From Octopus vulgaris (lineage: Eukaryota), in NCBI GenBank assembly GCA_951406725.2, contig OX597816.1, positions 99,634,001-99,698,000 on the forward strand: a stretch of 64,000 nt of DNA. The letters run 5' to 3'. Made by a program: the position numbers and the translations under genes. Within the stretch, counting starts at the first letter, position 1. Every line of letters begins with the position of its first letter. Shown in pieces: positions 1 through 13,646 of this stretch. The notes beneath the pieces were generated by a model, which was given only the letters and a program-made list of their open reading frames with translations, searched no databases and was not told the DNA's origin.

Positions 1-107
1 TCACCAAAGAGGAAGGTATCTTTCTTCAATACTTTCAACCTTGTCCACCACACAACCTCTTCAGCCCTATCCACTAGAGGAACACACCTACTCTACCATG
101 GTAAAAG

Positions 108-127
108 TGGTGGTAGTGGTGGTGATG

Positions 128-184
<57 letters not shown>

Positions 185-205
185 TAAGCAGCAGCAGCAG
201 CAGTG
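108..205. repeat. Compound trinucleotide microsatellite (GGT/GTA)n-(GCA)n
   Basis: Directly visible; it produces the poly-Leu ORF 93..446. Confidence 0.95.
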
Positions 206-799
206 AAGATTTGGTCCTAGTTGTTGGTCCTAGAATGGTCACAAACTGGTAAAAATAAAGATATGTTTGAATTGACAGAAAATAAGTAAATGAACCAAGT
301 ACACATGATCCACAGAAAAGGTTGGCTAATGACACTTTTTTCTTTGGATCATGTCTGCTTAGTTCATTTGAAATTGATAGCATACGGAAAAGAATCAATG
401 GAGAGATGAGAGGTACCAAAGAAAGAGTGAATGTAGACATCTTCAAGTTGAAATGTTAAATGAAAACAGCATGAACTCTCAATGGAAAGAAATGAAATTG
501 ACATGGAAGTAGAAAACAGGAACAATATAAACAAGGATAAGGGATTGACAATATACAATGCATTTGAAGGGAACACATGCAAACAAAGTCATGAAAACAT
601 TTGTAAAATCTGAAAATTAGGAAATGGGAAGTGAAAAATTTTGATGGGATAAAAAGAAATAATTCAGAAAGCATAAAGCTATTAAAAGTATTAACAGAAG
701 AAAACTACCAATTAAAATACAAAAAATTGATGTGACACTAGATCATGTTACAGTTACAAGCATTATTGACATAATAATTCAATTTGTGCAGCTTTGCAG

Positions 800-2370
800 A
801 GAAGAAAGTAAAAAAAGATCCTTGGTGGAAAAGACAGATGGAAAGAGATATAAAGATACTTGGAAAAGACCTCAGCAACATTGAAAGCTAGAACAGGGGT
901 ACTTATGAAAAGAACACAACCAATCTTACCTTAAACAGAAGTATCACTTGCATGAGAAGGAATTTAAGTACAAAATCAAGTGAAATAAAGAATTACACAC
1001 AGAGCAGAGAGCTACTTATATTGAGCATAACAGACATTTTTCAATCATAGAACACAGATTTCAATATCATTCATAGAGATATAATTGAAACATCAATATC
1101 AAATGCTGTGAAAGCAATAGAATTTTGGCTAAGAATTCCAGTTTGTCCAATTAAATATGATGGAAATGCAGATGGATCAAAACAGCTGAAATGGAACTAA
1201 GCAGTAGAGAAACCAGAACTAATTTCTATAACAAAGATGACATCCAGCAGCAGGCAAAAATATTGTAAAATTAGAAAGTCCCAGAACCAGGTGAGCTCCG
1301 AGGTTCCTGAATAAAACATCTGAAAACCCTTACACAGTCAAATCAAGAATCCTTTGAATAAATGTGTAAACTAACAAACTGTAACAGAGAGGATGGTTGA
1401 GAGAACAACTTTAATAATGAAAGATCCACAAAAGAATAAGCTATAAAAAAGTATCAACCAAACACACATTTTTTCTCTGAGAAAACATGATCAAATGATG
1501 CAGAACAAATTCTACCTATTAAACAGGAAGGCAGAAAATATTTCAGACGTGTTAAAGACCATCTAATGATTGACAAAATGGTAATGAAAGCTTGCAAGTG
1601 ACAACAGATTAATTTGTGCATGGCATGGGTCAAATTCAAGGAAGTTTAAAGGTGGAGTCATATTCTTGGGGTTTTGGAGTCATTTAATATGTTTAGTATA
1701 GCTGTAAACTTCATCAACATCTTCAGTGATAGCATGATGAGCTGGGAAACAAATGATAGTGTTTGTCTCAATTTACACTGATCACTGCAAAAAGTATGGA
1801 TATATCAAATAAGTGGTACAGTCATGTATCAGAAAAGCTTCTAAATGAATGTGATAAACCAAAGATTCTATGAGATTTTGATATCCTGGTTGATAGATAA
1901 GTTGAACACCATAGCAGGGATGTCTTAGCATCTATACAGAGCCCTGGGGCATATCAATGCACTAAGTCCTATAGTGTTTATTTATTGACAGCAAACCACA
2001 GAATACATATGTTAGAATTGGGTCCCAACACTTGTGTGGCCCCATCTTAAGATATAGGCCCAGTGTGCTTATACCTTATGACAGCACTGCATCATAGAGG
2101 AAGAAACATTATACATTACGCAAATAAAAAGAGAATATCTCTTAATAGACTTTGCATCTTCTTCAGACAAAGACATTCCAGACAAGGAAGAAGAAAACGT
2201 CTCAAAATATGTTGATTTAAAAACAGAAAATTGTGAGAATGTCCAACTACAAAAATTAAAGTAGTACCAGTTATTATCAAAGCATTAAGTTTTAGTCTCC
2301 CACCCCAAAAAAAGATCATACCACTTGGGATGGTTGAACATTGTGTTAGATATGTGTAAGCTCCAAAAAT
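800..2370 (+). mobile_element. Decayed R4/Dong-clade non-LTR retrotransposon (RT + restriction-like endonuclease), internally deleted
   Basis: Hand translations in order: PWWKRQMERDIKILGKDLS (~820), N*KVPEPGELRGS*IK (~1270, cf. NWKAPGPD), ILPIKQEG..VKDHLMIDKMVMK..NLCMAWVKFK (~1510-1640), KWYSH..KIL*DFDILVDR*VEH (~1810-1910), LIDFASSSD..SKYVDLK..KVVPVII (~2140-2280). Many stops and frameshifts; may extend 5' to ~270. Confidence 0.85.
1915..2089. mobile_element. hAT-type MITE inserted in the R4/Dong endonuclease region
   Basis: Imperfect TIRs CAGGGATGTCTTAG / CTTATGACAGCACTG; 8-bp TSD CACCATAG (1907-1914) / CATCATAG (2090-2097); LINE motifs resume after it. Confidence 0.75.
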
Positions 2371-2499
2371 ATTCCTTTCTTTTATTATGATTTACAATCA
2401 ACAGGAAAGAGAGGAAAACCATAAAATCCAGTGTTTATATCCCAATATTCAATTAAATATAATGATGATGATGACTACAATAACAATAACAGCAATAAT

Positions 2500-2885
2500 A
2501 AGGCCTGAGATTTGGTGGGGAGTGGGACAATAGTCAATTATATTGCCCCAAGTGCTTGCACAAGGTCTGAATTTGTGGGGATAAGGGCTAGTTGATTACA
2601 CCGACCCCAGTGCTCAACTGGCACTTATTTTATTGACCCCAAAAGCATGAAAGGCAAAGTCAACCAAAGTGTTTCTTATTTAGGAACAAGACCAGAAAAT
2701 TTACAGATAGTTAGTCATTATAATCAAGCCCAGTTTTTTATTGGCACTTTATTTTATCAACCCGAAGGGATGAAGGGTAAAAATACCTTTAGTTGAATTT
2801 GAACTCAGAATGTTAACAACTAAAAAAAATACCACAAGGAATGTTTTCTTTTACTCTAACAATTCTTCTGGCTCACCACTCACCC
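2500..2885 (-). mobile_element. Tandem cluster of degenerate SINE-A copies
   Basis: Repeated 'aaggcctgaaattt..gg', 'ccccagtgctcaactggcacttattttattgacccc..atgaaaggcaaagtcaacc' and 'gaatttgaactcagaa' (B box, reverse complement). Confidence 0.8.
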
Positions 2886-3382
2886 TTTTAAATGCTGGTT
2901 TTTACCGGCTGGTTGGTATATATTTGAAGGGTAGGCAACAAATATCACCAAGTCTCTGAAACACTAAGTTATCTTACTAGTAATCACAAAGACTTCCATG
3001 ATTGCTGACAATATTACTTCTTCCTCGACATCTTATGTCTTGTGCTATATTATTCTATATATTGTGATGGGACATCCATCTAACATGTCTCAACCATCTA
3101 AAGTCAGTGCTACAATGCATAAATATGAGATAAAACTTTTAGATAGAATATTACAGTCTACTTTATAATATAAAATTGGTTTGGCACTAACACTACGAAT
3201 ATTGGTACCACTGCATCCTTGAAAACATCATCTTCAAATTCTTTTGAAGCACATCTTTGAAACATCAAATAAGTTGTGTTGGTTTTCTCAAAGCCTTCCT
3301 TAAATTGTAGTTGTACTTCATAGAGCAAGAAGGTATTGCAAGTGACAGGTGTCTAACATCTTATCCAAAAGTGTATTTAAAG

Positions 3383-3942
3383 CAGTGATTCTTAACCTAG
3401 GCAGTAGTGCTTCCTTGAAGACATTTTAAGCTCACAAGAAGACAGTAAATGTCAAGAGAGTATTATGGAAGCACTTGGGTGTTTTGAGAGGTCATTTGTT
3501 TTTAGTAATAAAATATTTAAACAAAGTACAATGCTTATGTCTTAAAAATACATTTTCAAGTAAAATCTTTATCAGGATAAAAATATGAGTTTGACATTGT
3601 GTAATCAACGAACAGAAATATAACTGATGTCTTAAGACCTAATATAATTTCATTGTATAAATCACTGGCTTCTCTAGTCATTTCCATAAAAATATAACAT
3701 AAAGCTTATCCACTGAAATCTCAAAAAAGTAGTTGGTGCTGGATGGAAAGTATAAGAAAATATGATTAAAAATCCACTATACAAAATTTGTTTCTGTTTG
3801 ATTTTTTAATTTTGTTTATTTTTTTTTATCTATTTATTTCATTATTTATTTATGTATTGCAATACGTGCAAAGGGAGCATTAGTAAAGCATCATTTCATG
3901 AAAGGGGTTCTAAGCTATAAAAGGTCGAGAACTGAACCATTA
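3383..3942. mobile_element. hAT (Charlie-like) non-autonomous DNA transposon
   Basis: Left end CAGTGATTCTTAACCT; right end AGGTCGAGAAC(TGAAC)CATTA; perfect 8-bp TSD ATTTAAAG at 3375-3382 and 3943-3950. Confidence 0.75.
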
Positions 3943-4269
3943 ATTTAAAGACTAATAATGATAAGTGTCACAGACAAAAGATTATAATTGTAAGAAGCCA
4001 TTAGCGTGACACAGCTCATCCTTCAGATAAAATGATATTTCCTTTATACAACAAATTCACAAGGGAAAGGCATGAACATCATACTTCACATTTTCCCCCC
4101 AACACTTTTAAATGTAAAATATAAATCATTTCAGCCTTGTTAAAAATAAGCAATGTTTGAAAAGTAATAGATCATTTAACAATACAAGTGTAGAGAAATG
4201 ATTGTTAAATATTTTGCCAAAAAATCAATGGCTCATAAGTCAATATCAGCCCAATTAACTATTAAGACT

Positions 4270-4457
4270 GAATGTATGTATGCATGTATGTCTGTATATT
4301 TGTATGTATGAATGAATGTACATATATATATATATATGAATGTCTGCATGTCTGTCTATCTTTATATATGCCTGTATCTATGTGCGAATGTAAGCCTATA
4401 TATATGTGTGTGTGTGTATGTGTTATGTAATATATATTTATAAATATATACATATAG

Positions 4458-4507
<50 letters not shown>

Positions 4508-4508
4508 T
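4270..4508. repeat. Degenerate (TATG)/(TA)n/(GA)n microsatellite block
   Basis: Directly visible. Confidence 0.9.
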
Positions 4509-6139
4509 AAACAAATGTATATTGCCTTTCTTGTATGATGAAACTTCAGTGACTGTGATTAAATATAGTGGGGTACTGTATCTAAGTAAATACATAAATA
4601 TTCATCAGACTAATCAACACAATAGGAAGCTATATATTGACTTCAATTTAGAAATCATGGCAGGTGATTTACAATATATGTTAAATAACTTTCATGTGTC
4701 TATATTCTTGATCTATGTATTTAATATATTTGACAGGGGCTATGTGGTGAGGCACTGGGTATGATAATGTTTAAATTATACTGTGTAAATTGAAGCTGAG
4801 TATAGCTATTAAAAGTAACACAAAATACATACATGGAGATAAACTTTCTCCCCTACTCCATCTTTTCACTCTCTTTCATATAAGTATGATTTGATGTGTG
4901 TGTGTTGTGTATGTATACCTGTAAAGTTTGTGTGCATGTTGGTGTGTATGTGCACATGTATATATTACAATACATGGTACATATACATAAGATGCAAATA
5001 TAAAGTGAGATTTAGAAAAGATGTAGATATTTATACCCTTCATGTATACATACATTAGTAGATGTGTTTGTGTGTATGAATGTGTGTATATGTGTGTGTA
5101 TGTGTGTGTATGTGTGTGTAATATAAATGATAGATAGATAGATAGACATATATATACATGTGTATGCATGTTCACTTCTATTTTTAATTGTTTAAAATAT
5201 TCCTATAAGGGAGGAATTGGGTTCTCACAAAGATACTAAGCTTAATCATTGGAATGTAATAAAAAAAAACACAAATTCACATTCTAAACGTGAGAAAAGT
5301 CTTGCATTCTCTTACTATTCCACTTACAGGTGCTCATTTGCTGGTTGATATCTTTTTCTGAAAATTCTAACTTTGTCACTTAGACATTTATTCACATAAC
5401 CAAATATACCAGTTATTTTTAATTAATAATCAAAATATTTATAATCAGGATATAGAATTTATAATCAAGATATAGAAACAGTATGTTTGCAATTATAATA
5501 AAATCTAACTGAAGACTCCTTTTTCCAAACACTGTAATACTAAAGACAATTCAATGTGTATTATAAATTGGATTTTTTTTCTGAAATTTCAATGCCCATA
5601 ATTGCAGGTGTGCATTATACATGAGTTCATATTATATATGAATAAACATGGGAACGCCCTTGTGGAATTGATGAGTGAAATTTCTTGGCATCCAATTGCA
5701 AAATTTGATTTGTTCTATGAGAATAAAAAGCTATTTGCAATACATCCTATACATGGGGATGATTTGTTTCTGAGTCATCTCTACAGACTGTGAGCACTCA
5801 AACTAGCAGAAATAACAGCAAAATCACCTTCAAATCACATTCTATTTTGAGAGTGATCTTGAGTTGCTTGCATATTGTCGAAAGAAGGTATAGTTACAGC
5901 TGGAATTCCTTTACTCATAGATGTGTTCAATTAGAGCTGACTTTGGGTTAAACATTAACTGCAACATTGATACTGCTAACTATGTAAATTAAAGAATAGA
6001 GAATGATGGGAGGGAATGGCAAGCTGCAATATTTGTGCCTTTCCACATAACATTAAAAACATGTGGAGCGAAATAATTTGCTTATTCATTTATTTCATGT
6101 AAACATTACAATACACATAAGCATTATCAGCTCTGTACC

Positions 6140-6650
6140 CCCCCCACACACACACATGCATACAAATATACACAAATACACTATATATACACTGATGTAC
6201 AAATATATATTCACACTTTGATCACATATTCACACACACAGTATATGCACATACATGTGCACTTACATACACAATACATGCATATACACAAACTATCCAC
6301 ACATACATGTACAGATATACTCAGACATACAATATATACCTTTAACTATCTATACACATACACATTCACTGAAATACTTATGAACTATGCACACATATAA
6401 GTATACACTTGCTATGCACTCACACATACTCACACATTAGTTGCCTGCACATATACATATACATATACACATCTTCATCATTGAAAAGACATACAAACCA
6501 TACATAAATACATACTAATCACACATACATATACATTAACTACTCACTTAAGCATACACATGCACAAATATGCAGATATATGTACTCAGAAACACAAACA
6601 CACACACACATACACACAAATACACAAACCTAGCAATACATGTATTTACA
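6140..6650. repeat. Degenerate (CA/TACA)n low-complexity tract
   Basis: Directly visible. Confidence 0.9.
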
Positions 6651-7339
6651 CAGTTTAGAGTTTAAATTTAACTGTACAATACTTTAAAGACTTTACCATT
6701 CCATTGCAATTTGCCTAAAGCAAAGTAAATTTATTTCCCCTGTGGAAATGTCAGTGCTAAGGAACATGTTTCAAATATTTCAGATTTCTTATTAAGGTAT
6801 CTTGTAATTAACAATCAAAAGCAACAATACACTTTCATGTCTTCCAAACTATATTTTAAGCACAACATATATCCTATTAGTCAATCAGAAGTGGATGGTG
6901 AGGGAGGAGCAATGCTCATGATGTCTTTTGCAGATACTCTTAGACAATGTATTAAATGAATCTCAAAACATTGATAATGAAGATGAAAAGATTAATTAAA
7001 ATATCTCTCTCTCACCCTCCATATACATGTATACTTGCATACACCTACACTAACACACACAAACAAATTGTATATAGCATATGCATGTATATCTTTGTGT
7101 ATATGTATCTACATATGTACAAACACACACACACATACGTAAATAATGTAGAAGTATCTTATATCTGAGATGTAAAAACATTGAAGCTGATATTCAGTTT
7201 AAACATGTGTAGCTTGACATCTGCAGAGGAAAAAAAAAAGACATGTGTAAGAAGGGGAATTCCAGAACGTGACAACTTTGCAAGGGAAACCAAGGTGGGG
7301 AGTGAAATAAAACCAAGAATGATGCAAGGAGAGACCTGT

Positions 7340-7720
7340 ATGCTTAGGTGTATTAGATGGGGGTGGTGTGGAGCATAACCAAAACTTGTTAAAACCTGGC
7401 TAAGTGGAAGTAGAAAAAATTTGTCAATGGCTCAGAAACACAGGATTCAAATGCAAGATGAAAGAAAGAATTTATTGTGGCATAAGAACAAAGCTTTTCC
7501 ACCTAAAACTACAAAAATATGCCATGAAGCAGAATACAAATAGTAACACCAGCATACGTGATGGTTGTGAAGAAACACATTGTTTCTGGTTGCTCAGACT
7601 TGGTAAAAAAAAAAAGAAATATATACAACCATGACAGAGCTAGCACTTTCATACCCTGGATATGATGTTAGCATTATGAAACAGCAACAACAAAGAAATG
7701 GTACAAAGGCCTCAGAGAAT
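7340..7720 (+). mobile_element. Highly decayed R4/Dong-type C-terminal fragment
   Basis: VEVEKICQWLRNTGFK, a KKEY..HDRASTFIPW-like segment and KKWYK occur in the same order as in the 37990 fragment. Confidence 0.5.
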
Positions 7721-7952
7721 ATTAATGTGAAATATTAATTCATAGAAATAGGAAAATTTAGGAAAATTGTTGAGGTGTATCATTAAAATCCATCAAGAAA
7801 TTACTCAATCCTTTGTTGAAATATCAATTGTCAAAGGCAGTAATAAGTAATATATCTCTAAAAGAATGGAAAACTATACAAACATAATGATCTAGAAAGA
7901 GGTATTCAGAAATAAATAGAAATAATCCAAATATGAGGAACTGCTTGAGAAT

Positions 7953-8290
7953 GATGCAGGCATGGCTGTGTGATAAGAAGCTTTCTTCCCAACCACATGG
8001 TTCTGGGTTCGGTCTCACTGCATGGCACATTGGGCAAGTGTCTACTACTATAACATCAAGCCAACCAAAAGTTTTGTGAGTGAATTTTAGTAGATGGAAA
8101 CTGAAAAAAGATCATTGATGTGTGAGTGTCTGTCTGTCTGTCTGTGTTCGTTGGTACCACACTGCCACTTGACAACTGGTGTTGGTGTATTTACATCCCC
8201 ATTATTTAGCAGTAGTTCAGAAAAAGGGACCAATAGAATAAGTACTGGGCTTTAAAAAATGTCCTGGGGTTGATTCATTTGACTAAAATT
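7953..8290 (+). mobile_element. SINE-B (tRNA-derived), 3' end missing
   Basis: A-box-like tggctgtgtga and B-box-like gggttcggtctc; body matches 39449-39890. Confidence 0.85.
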
Positions 8291-10839
8291 CTTCCATCAA
8301 ATTTGCTAGACATAGAATCTCACTTTCCAATCACACACCCTACTTCAACTCGAACTTCAGAAAGTTGGGAAGAATAATTCTGCTCTCAACACTTTCAAAT
8401 GTGTCCACTATATGACAACTTAGGTCCAGTCATCTAGTCATCAGACACAGATAAATTGCTTGCTCTCCCTTGTTAAAAAATGAGGTGGTAAAATGATCTT
8501 TATGGATTTGGCCAATAACTGAATCTGTTTTGTACATGAGGAAAGCAATTTGACATATCTCTGCTTGTTAACAATGCTCAGATACTAAATAAGTGTGCAT
8601 GAAGAGTGCTTTTAATACTCCCCATGTAGCATTGCATATGCCCAAGGTGCACAGAGCAGCACTTGATTGTACAGTGAAAGCATACAATTAAGATAAAAGA
8701 CTACAGAAAAAAAAAAGGTGAGGTATCTGAAAATGTAAACACTGGGCAAATAAATACCTTAACATGTTTACCTTCATTTTCTACATACTGGTTTCAAAAC
8801 CTGCTGAAGTTGACTGCCAGTTAGTCTTCCAGGGCAACCAAAAGAAAAGTAATAAAGAAGTTGATAGTTCCCTGGAAAAATTGATCTTTTGCCTACTCAA
8901 ACGAAATGATAACATTATTTGTATGAATGTGTATGTAGGTGATATCTATAATACTTTATCTAAAAGCTGATATTGTATTGTATGGATGTAAATAAGAAGT
9001 TCAATCAATTCTTTTGAAATATATTCTACCAGTGAAAAGGTCAAGACACATAATTATCATACATAAAACCAATTTTATGTTACTGTATCATGAAATACAT
9101 TTTGACAAAACAGTTTTTGTCAGGTTATGATTTTGTTTAATGTTTCAAATACTTTCTTGATAAAACTTTTATGTATGTGTGTGTTTTAATCTTCTTGGTT
9201 GTATAAATTCATTGCTAGTGCTTCTTGCCCTGTTCTGGTAAAAGAATAATTCTGAATAATAGTTAATATGTCTCAATGGAAAACGATAAAATATTCAAAT
9301 CAGTAGCAATTGATTTAGTAATGTATTCAAAATTCATTTGCAATATGTTCAGATTAGTTAATTTAAGAACTTGAGTCAATACCTTCAGAACTATGTTCTG
9401 TGTTTTCCCTCCTGGTACTTCAAGTCAACAAACTTCTTATGACTTCCACAGTACAATCAGTGAGCAACTGATGGCATTGAATTTAAGTATCTTGCTTACT
9501 GAAGCATACAATGCCACTGACCTGATTTGAACTAGTGACATCTTAGTTTGTTGTCCAGTACCCTATTAACTCAAGCGATATATGTTCTCTCTTATTGTAA
9601 AAGTTGTGTGAAATATACCATACTATTCCACAATGCAAACTTGCAAATACTATTCTCCTCTTTGATAATGCCACAGAACAAAGCCATTTACTTTAGAAAT
9701 CTAGATAATCTAGTGCTACATACATTGGTTAAATAAAAGATTGGATAGTCATGGCTGGAATGCTTTTGATTATATATCTATTCAATCAAGCTGGCTTTGA
9801 GCTAAACAACAATGACTTAGAAACTTATGCTTTATACAGTAAATAGCTCAATTTACAAATATTTTATCAAATCAAACAGTTTTCCAGTGTAGATCAAGTT
9901 AAATTTCCCAAGTCAAACTAATGTTGCTGTTGAATTTTTATATATTATTATTTTTCAAGCTAAAATACTTTCAAATGGACCATTTTCCCCAAAGAATAGC
10001 AGCAAATTAGATGCATGGATTATAAATTGACACAGAATTGATAATGGAGAAAGCACTTATGAGGTGAAAATGGTTTCTAGATAAGATCAGTTATGGAATA
10101 AAGGCAATGTTAAATTTGATTGAAAATTATATCCTTTGAGGGCAATATCACATTAGAAGTGAAAACCATAGTGTTAAAAGAGAGTGTTAAAATAGTGATA
10201 TGTTATAGAATTCAAATTTTTAGACCCAATAACTTTACTAGAGATATTGAATAAGTTCACAGCATTTCTAACAGATCATTATGACAACCCAGTAATGCCA
10301 AACAACGAGCACAACAAATAAATAAATAATACATTGAATAAGTTTCTTATATAATCACATGAACTGCTGAATGAGCAATAAAATCTGCCTGAATAAAATT
10401 CCAGTTGTTTTTAGAATGAAGAACAAGCACCACACAAAGATCTTTAATGCTAACAGAAGAGACAAAAAGAGCTGCATTATACTGGTGTATGTGGATGACC
10501 GAAAGTGGTCAAGAATGTAGCTCCTATTCCAACATAGTAATCGAAGTAGAAGGATGTTTATTCAATGAAAAGTCAAAACACTTCAGTGTAAGATTTATTT
10601 CAGTCAAAACTTTGCTTCATCAGAGATTGTATGCTACAATGACTTTTAACACAAGATATTCATTCGTATGGATAGAATATTGTCAATTGAATCAGTATTT
10701 TGCTGGAACCTTATTTTAGTGTTTCTGGTTGGATTTGAACTCAGAATACAAAGAAACACAACTAAATAGTAGAACACATTTCATATGGCATTTTACAAGT
10801 TTTCTATTTACAACTCTAAATAATAATGATAATAAGAGT

Positions 10840-11230
10840 TTCAGATTTTGGCACCAGGTCAACAATTTTAACCGGTGGGGGTTTAGTTGATTAAACTGAA
10901 ACCAGTACTCAACTGGTTTTATCAACAGCAAAAGGATGAAACACAAAGTTGACCTCAGCAAGATTTGTGCTCATAGTGTAAAGAACAAAAAGAAAGCTGT
11001 CATGCATTTTGTCTGATCTACTAACTCTGCTAGCTCACTGCCTTTGTAATGGTTTCAAATTTTAGCACAGCAATTTCAGGGGAGGAGATAAGTCAATTAT
11101 ATCAATCAAGTATTTAACTGGTACTTATTTTATTAACCCCAAAAGAATGAAAGGAATTGTCAACCTCAGCAGAATTTTAATTCAGATTATGAAGATGGAC
11201 AAAAGATGCCCAGCATGCTTAATGATTCTG
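10840..11230 (-). mobile_element. Two tandem SINE-A copies
   Basis: Same motifs as 46767-46985, present twice head-to-tail. Confidence 0.8.
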
Positions 11231-11314
11231 ATAATAGTAATTTTTAAGATAAGCAAATGACTACAAATCTGGTGGAACAGGGTTTAATCAATTTAATCAA
11301 TTCCAAACTCTAAT

Positions 11315-11710
11315 ATTCTTTTACTTGTTTCTATCATTGGTCTGTGGTTATGCTGGAGCACTGCTTTGAAGGTTTCTTTTAGATTTTTTCATTTTTTTCT
11401 TTTTTGTTTAAATTAATCCCAAAACTTCTGTTAAGACTGAATACTTTTTTTTTCAAAGCTGTTAAATTCTGGGGACCTAAACAACCCTACTTTAGTTGTT
11501 AGGCAGTGGGTGACAAACAAATATGTATACACTCAAAGATACACACATACAAAATGTTTCTGTGCAGTTTCCATCTAGCAAATTCACTCCCAAGGGATCC
11601 ATTGCCTTGACTACAGTTGAAGATACTGGTCTGAAGTGCTGCACAAGGAAACTAAACTCCAGATTATGTGATTGGGAGCTGAACTTCTCAATCACAAAGT
11701 CGTATCTGCA
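11315..11710 (-). mobile_element. SINE-B, old full-length copy
   Basis: Tail 'cttttacttgtttc..tgctggagcactgc' and head reverse complement are recognisable. Confidence 0.75.
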
Positions 11711-12779
11711 CCTATATTTGACTAATGCATATTTCATTAGCCTAATTGGATGAAAAATTAAATCAACTGCAGTAGGATTTTGAACTTACAATGGGAAGAA
11801 TTGTCACAAAATATTTGTTTCTGATTTACTTGGAGCTTTACTAATTCTGACAACCCAATAAACAGACGGGAAGGAAAATGCTGCCTTTTATTTTTCATTT
11901 ATCTTTTTTAATGCAAGCAATGTTTCAGGAGTTGGTGTATATGTGAGTAAATAAAAGAATGAATAGAATGTGTATGTTGTGTTAGAAATAACATAACGTA
12001 CTACAGATAGATAATAGTGGTGTGCTAGTAGTGTGCTCCAAGTAGTGTCTGGTGTATCAATTCCCCTGTTGTCAGAGCCCCTAGATTAAGGAGAATATTG
12101 GAAACACAATGTGCCACACAAAACCATTGTAAAATGGTAAACATTGGCAGTCAATTCAATCACCAGCCATATACTGGTGATTTATTTTATTAGCCAATAT
12201 CCAGAAGTTAACCTCAGTATCGTTTAAATTTAGAATGTGAAGTGCTGAATCAAATTCCACAGAGAACTCTAATGATTCCAGCAATCCACTGCCCTAAGAA
12301 AACAATAACACCAAGCAAGTGAAAAGATGTCTACTTTCAGATTTTTCAGCTGGAGTCTTCATATTTCCTATAATTATTGTCTACATTCATAAACATACTT
12401 GATAACAAGACTCGCAGATCCTTCGCCAACTTGCTCAAGGCTAGTTACACTTTTATTAGTTTTGTTAGTTATATATATTTGTGCACACCTTTATGTTATT
12501 TCCTTTCAGTATAAAATTTCTTGAAGCTTCAGGAGAAAATAGCATATATTGTTCCACAATCAATAACAGGAGCCTTTCACAGAGTTGAATGGTGAGACCA
12601 ACAAAACTAGAATACGAAATATACACCAAGAATAAATATTTCGGAGGATTATCAGATAAGGTGACAACAAAAGGGTTTTAATATCAAAAAGTATAAGCAA
12701 AGTTTTCATTTTAATAGATACTCAGTTCTAGAGTTGATTGGAGAAAATAGAAAACTGATATTTATATATATATATATAT

Positions 12780-12945
12780 CTCATTATCATCACCATAGTT
12801 TAACTTCTACCTTTCATGCGGGCATGGGTAGGACAGTTCAACAGGAGCTGGCTTGGCAGGAGCCTACACCGGACTTCTTTGTATTTGACATGGTTTTTAT
12901 AGCTGGATGCCCTTCCTAACACAACACCAACCACCCAGCAGGGTG
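12780..12945 (-). mobile_element. RTE 3' terminal fragment
   Basis: 'agctggatgcccttcctaacac..acca' motif and (CAT)n-like tail. Confidence 0.7.
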
Positions 12946-13149
12946 ATGTGAAGCAGAGAAAGAAATAACAACATCAAAAGCCACAAAGTATAAATCTTTA
13001 AAATATTTATTCATATGTAGACACATTTGTGTGTGTGTGTGTGTGTATGCATGTATAAAATTAATATAGACAGCCATATGCAATGTGTTACCAAAAACAG
13101 AAACTATAAATGTCACTAAATATGACTAGGTTGTTAGAACACTGACTTG

Positions 13150-13328
13150 CTAGAAATAAGTGCTAAAAAGCTCTAATGCTGTGGTTAAAGCACATCATTG
13201 TATTCATATGTACTGATAAGGACTGAAATCAACCAGTGCTTTCGGAAGGTTACAGTCTCTGTTAGTACAAATGTATACAATTATGTGCTTTAACTACAGC
13301 ACTAGAGCTTTTTAGGTCTTATTTCTAG
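13150..13328. repeat. ~180-bp foldback palindrome (MITE-like)
   Basis: Arms of about 80 bp align ungapped as reverse complements (about 13 mismatches by hand count) around a ~17-nt loop; CTAG at both ends. Confidence 0.92.
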
Positions 13329-13646
13329 GTGTGTGTATGTGTGTGTGTGTATACGTGCATGCATAGGCACATGTATGTGCATGTGTGTGCGTGTGTATTG
13401 TGGTGACAGTGACAGCTGATTGTCCAACTGAACCAAACTACTGTTTTTCCAAATTTCTGATCTGATCTGTCTGTTGCAACTCTTAACAGATGTGTTATAT
13501 TTTATTCATATAATAGGGCTGGATTTGAGCTCAGAGAGCAGAGTCAGAATTGATACCTTAATGTATTAAAGCATTGTAGCTAATACTGTAACAACTCTGC
13601 CAATTGACTACCTTTATTTATAACATATATATATATATATATATAT

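Noticed and set aside
93-446. 117-aa ORF with poly-Leu
   Set aside because: Open only because of the (AGT)n microsatellite; antisense to a LINE remnant.
8300-8720. Old CR1/L2-like fragments (also 1-95 and 3050-3360)
   Set aside because: Only vague motif resemblance; too decayed to call.
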